Assembly (NCBI GenBank): GCA_010909165.1 | Contig: VJWM01000025.1 | Span: 2,418,001-2,482,000, forward strand | From: Anthoceros angustus | Lineage: Eukaryota; Plantae; Anthocerotophyta | Direction: 5' to 3' | DNA length: 64,000 nucleotides | Part shown: in pieces, positions 63,062 to 64,000 of the stretch | Layout of the letters: each line of letters begins with the position of its first letter | Position numbering within the stretch: position 1 is the stretch's first letter | Program-made: the position numbers and the translations under genes | Notes under the pieces: model-generated | What the model saw: the letters and a program-made list of their open reading frames with translations, nothing else | The model's database searches: none | Told to the model about the DNA's origin: nothing

Positions 63062-64000
63062 ATGGAGTCGGCAGGGACCCGGCATTGGCGTCACGCACCG
63101 TCTGCGGCTCCGCTCGTCTCGTCCTCGCGGGTACCGTTTCTGGCCTGGGTGGGTGGTGTCTGTGTGGTGAATCCTGAATTTGGGCAGCGGTGAATTGAGC
63201 TTGTTGGCGTGCTTTCTCTCAGACGGTGCAACGGCGGAGGTTGCCCTTGCTGGGCCACGGGAAGGTCTGGGAGCAGGCTGCTGGCGGGTTGCAGTGGTCT
63301 CGGAATGGGCTGTCGGACCCTGGCTTATGGCACCACTGTGGCTCTCTCCTCATCTTGGGGATGAAGAGGGCCGAAATTCGGGGGCTAGGAAACGTGAGTC
63401 TGAATGAGCATATGCAGAGAGTACCAGCAGCAGCAAGCTCGTTCGGCTTCGGTGTGGGGTTAAGGAAGAGGAGGCATTTCGTGTCGGATTTCAGGGGGGG
63501 CAGGGGCAGAAGAAACCTGTCCCTGATCATCAAGTCCCATGCTGAAATTGCATCAGGGGTAGAGATTATTAACAGTCTTGGTTTGGATACTTTGACATTC
63601 TTAGCAGCAACGGTATTCTTCGTTCCTGCCTTCAAGGCCATCAAGGCCAGTCCGGTGAGTGGGGTGGTTTGTATGCTGTGGGGAGTGTGAGAAACTCTCT
63701 GTACTGTTCCCACAATTGTAGGACTCCTTATAGTACTTGTCTTCCAGGCCACCTGAAGGTCCGTTCTGGACGTTCCTAATGTTCAGATTCTAGGATTTCT
63801 CTTGTCCGGATTGATACTCAATCAGCTCGGCATGATTCGAAATGTCACGGAGATCAAGGCATTGGCTGAGCTGGGTATTCTTTTTCTTGTAAGTTTCCTG
63901 GCTTGTTGGGAGTACCGAGCATGGCAGTTGCTAACAGGCCCAGGTGGAAAACAGAAATGCTCATCCTTCTGTTTGTGTGCTTCCTGTTGTCATTCAGCTA
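63062..64000 (+). CDS. KEA3: Thylakoid K+ efflux antiporter KEA3-like, 5' portion; exons 63062-63130, 63223-63654, 63787-63888; continues beyond the window
   Basis: A transit-peptide-like N-terminus is followed by AEIASGVEIINSLGLDTLTFLAATVFFVPAFKAIKASP|ILGFLLSGLILNQLGMIRNVTEIKALAELGILFL (CPA2 family TM1-3). Confidence 0.85.

Overview
Eukaryotic plant nuclear DNA. It is gene-dense with short (~75-150 nt) GT-AG introns. The ciliary GTPase ARL3, a front-end delta-6-type desaturase and a very long PLS-class PPR editing factor point to a seed-free land plant, most plausibly a hornwort (inference). Left gene block (1-15 kb): ATG2 5' part, P-class PPR, UFC1, ARL3, BORCS6-like gene and a cytochrome b5-fusion desaturase. 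A nested transposon island spans ~15.2-36.4 kb. It holds a Ty3/gypsy gag-protease remnant, a Copia 3' LTR followed by a decayed cargo gene, a ~1.4 kb foldback element, a CCCTA-ended CACTA-like element (3-bp TSD ATA, long polypyrimidine tracts), a full-length young Ty1/copia element (25692-33272, TSD GAGAC) and a further Copia RNase H/LTR fragment. Removing the CACTA-like and Copia insertions in silico restores one continuous ORF, which supports both sets of boundaries. Right gene block (36.8-64 kb): NPF/PTR transporter, MHF2/CENP-X, an unannotated multi-exon gene, CYP78A, SWI3D-like plus a tandem duplicate of its 5' half, a ~1,780-codon PLS-E+ PPR gene with an internal 3 x ~711-bp expansion, and the start of KEA3. 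The best candidate for an undescribed system is a Copia family carrying an intron-containing, antisense accessory gene between pol and the PPT. A second family member in the window appears to carry a different spliced cargo gene in the same slot. Many frameshifts in repeats and GC-rich stretches look like unpolished long-read indel errors rather than real lesions.
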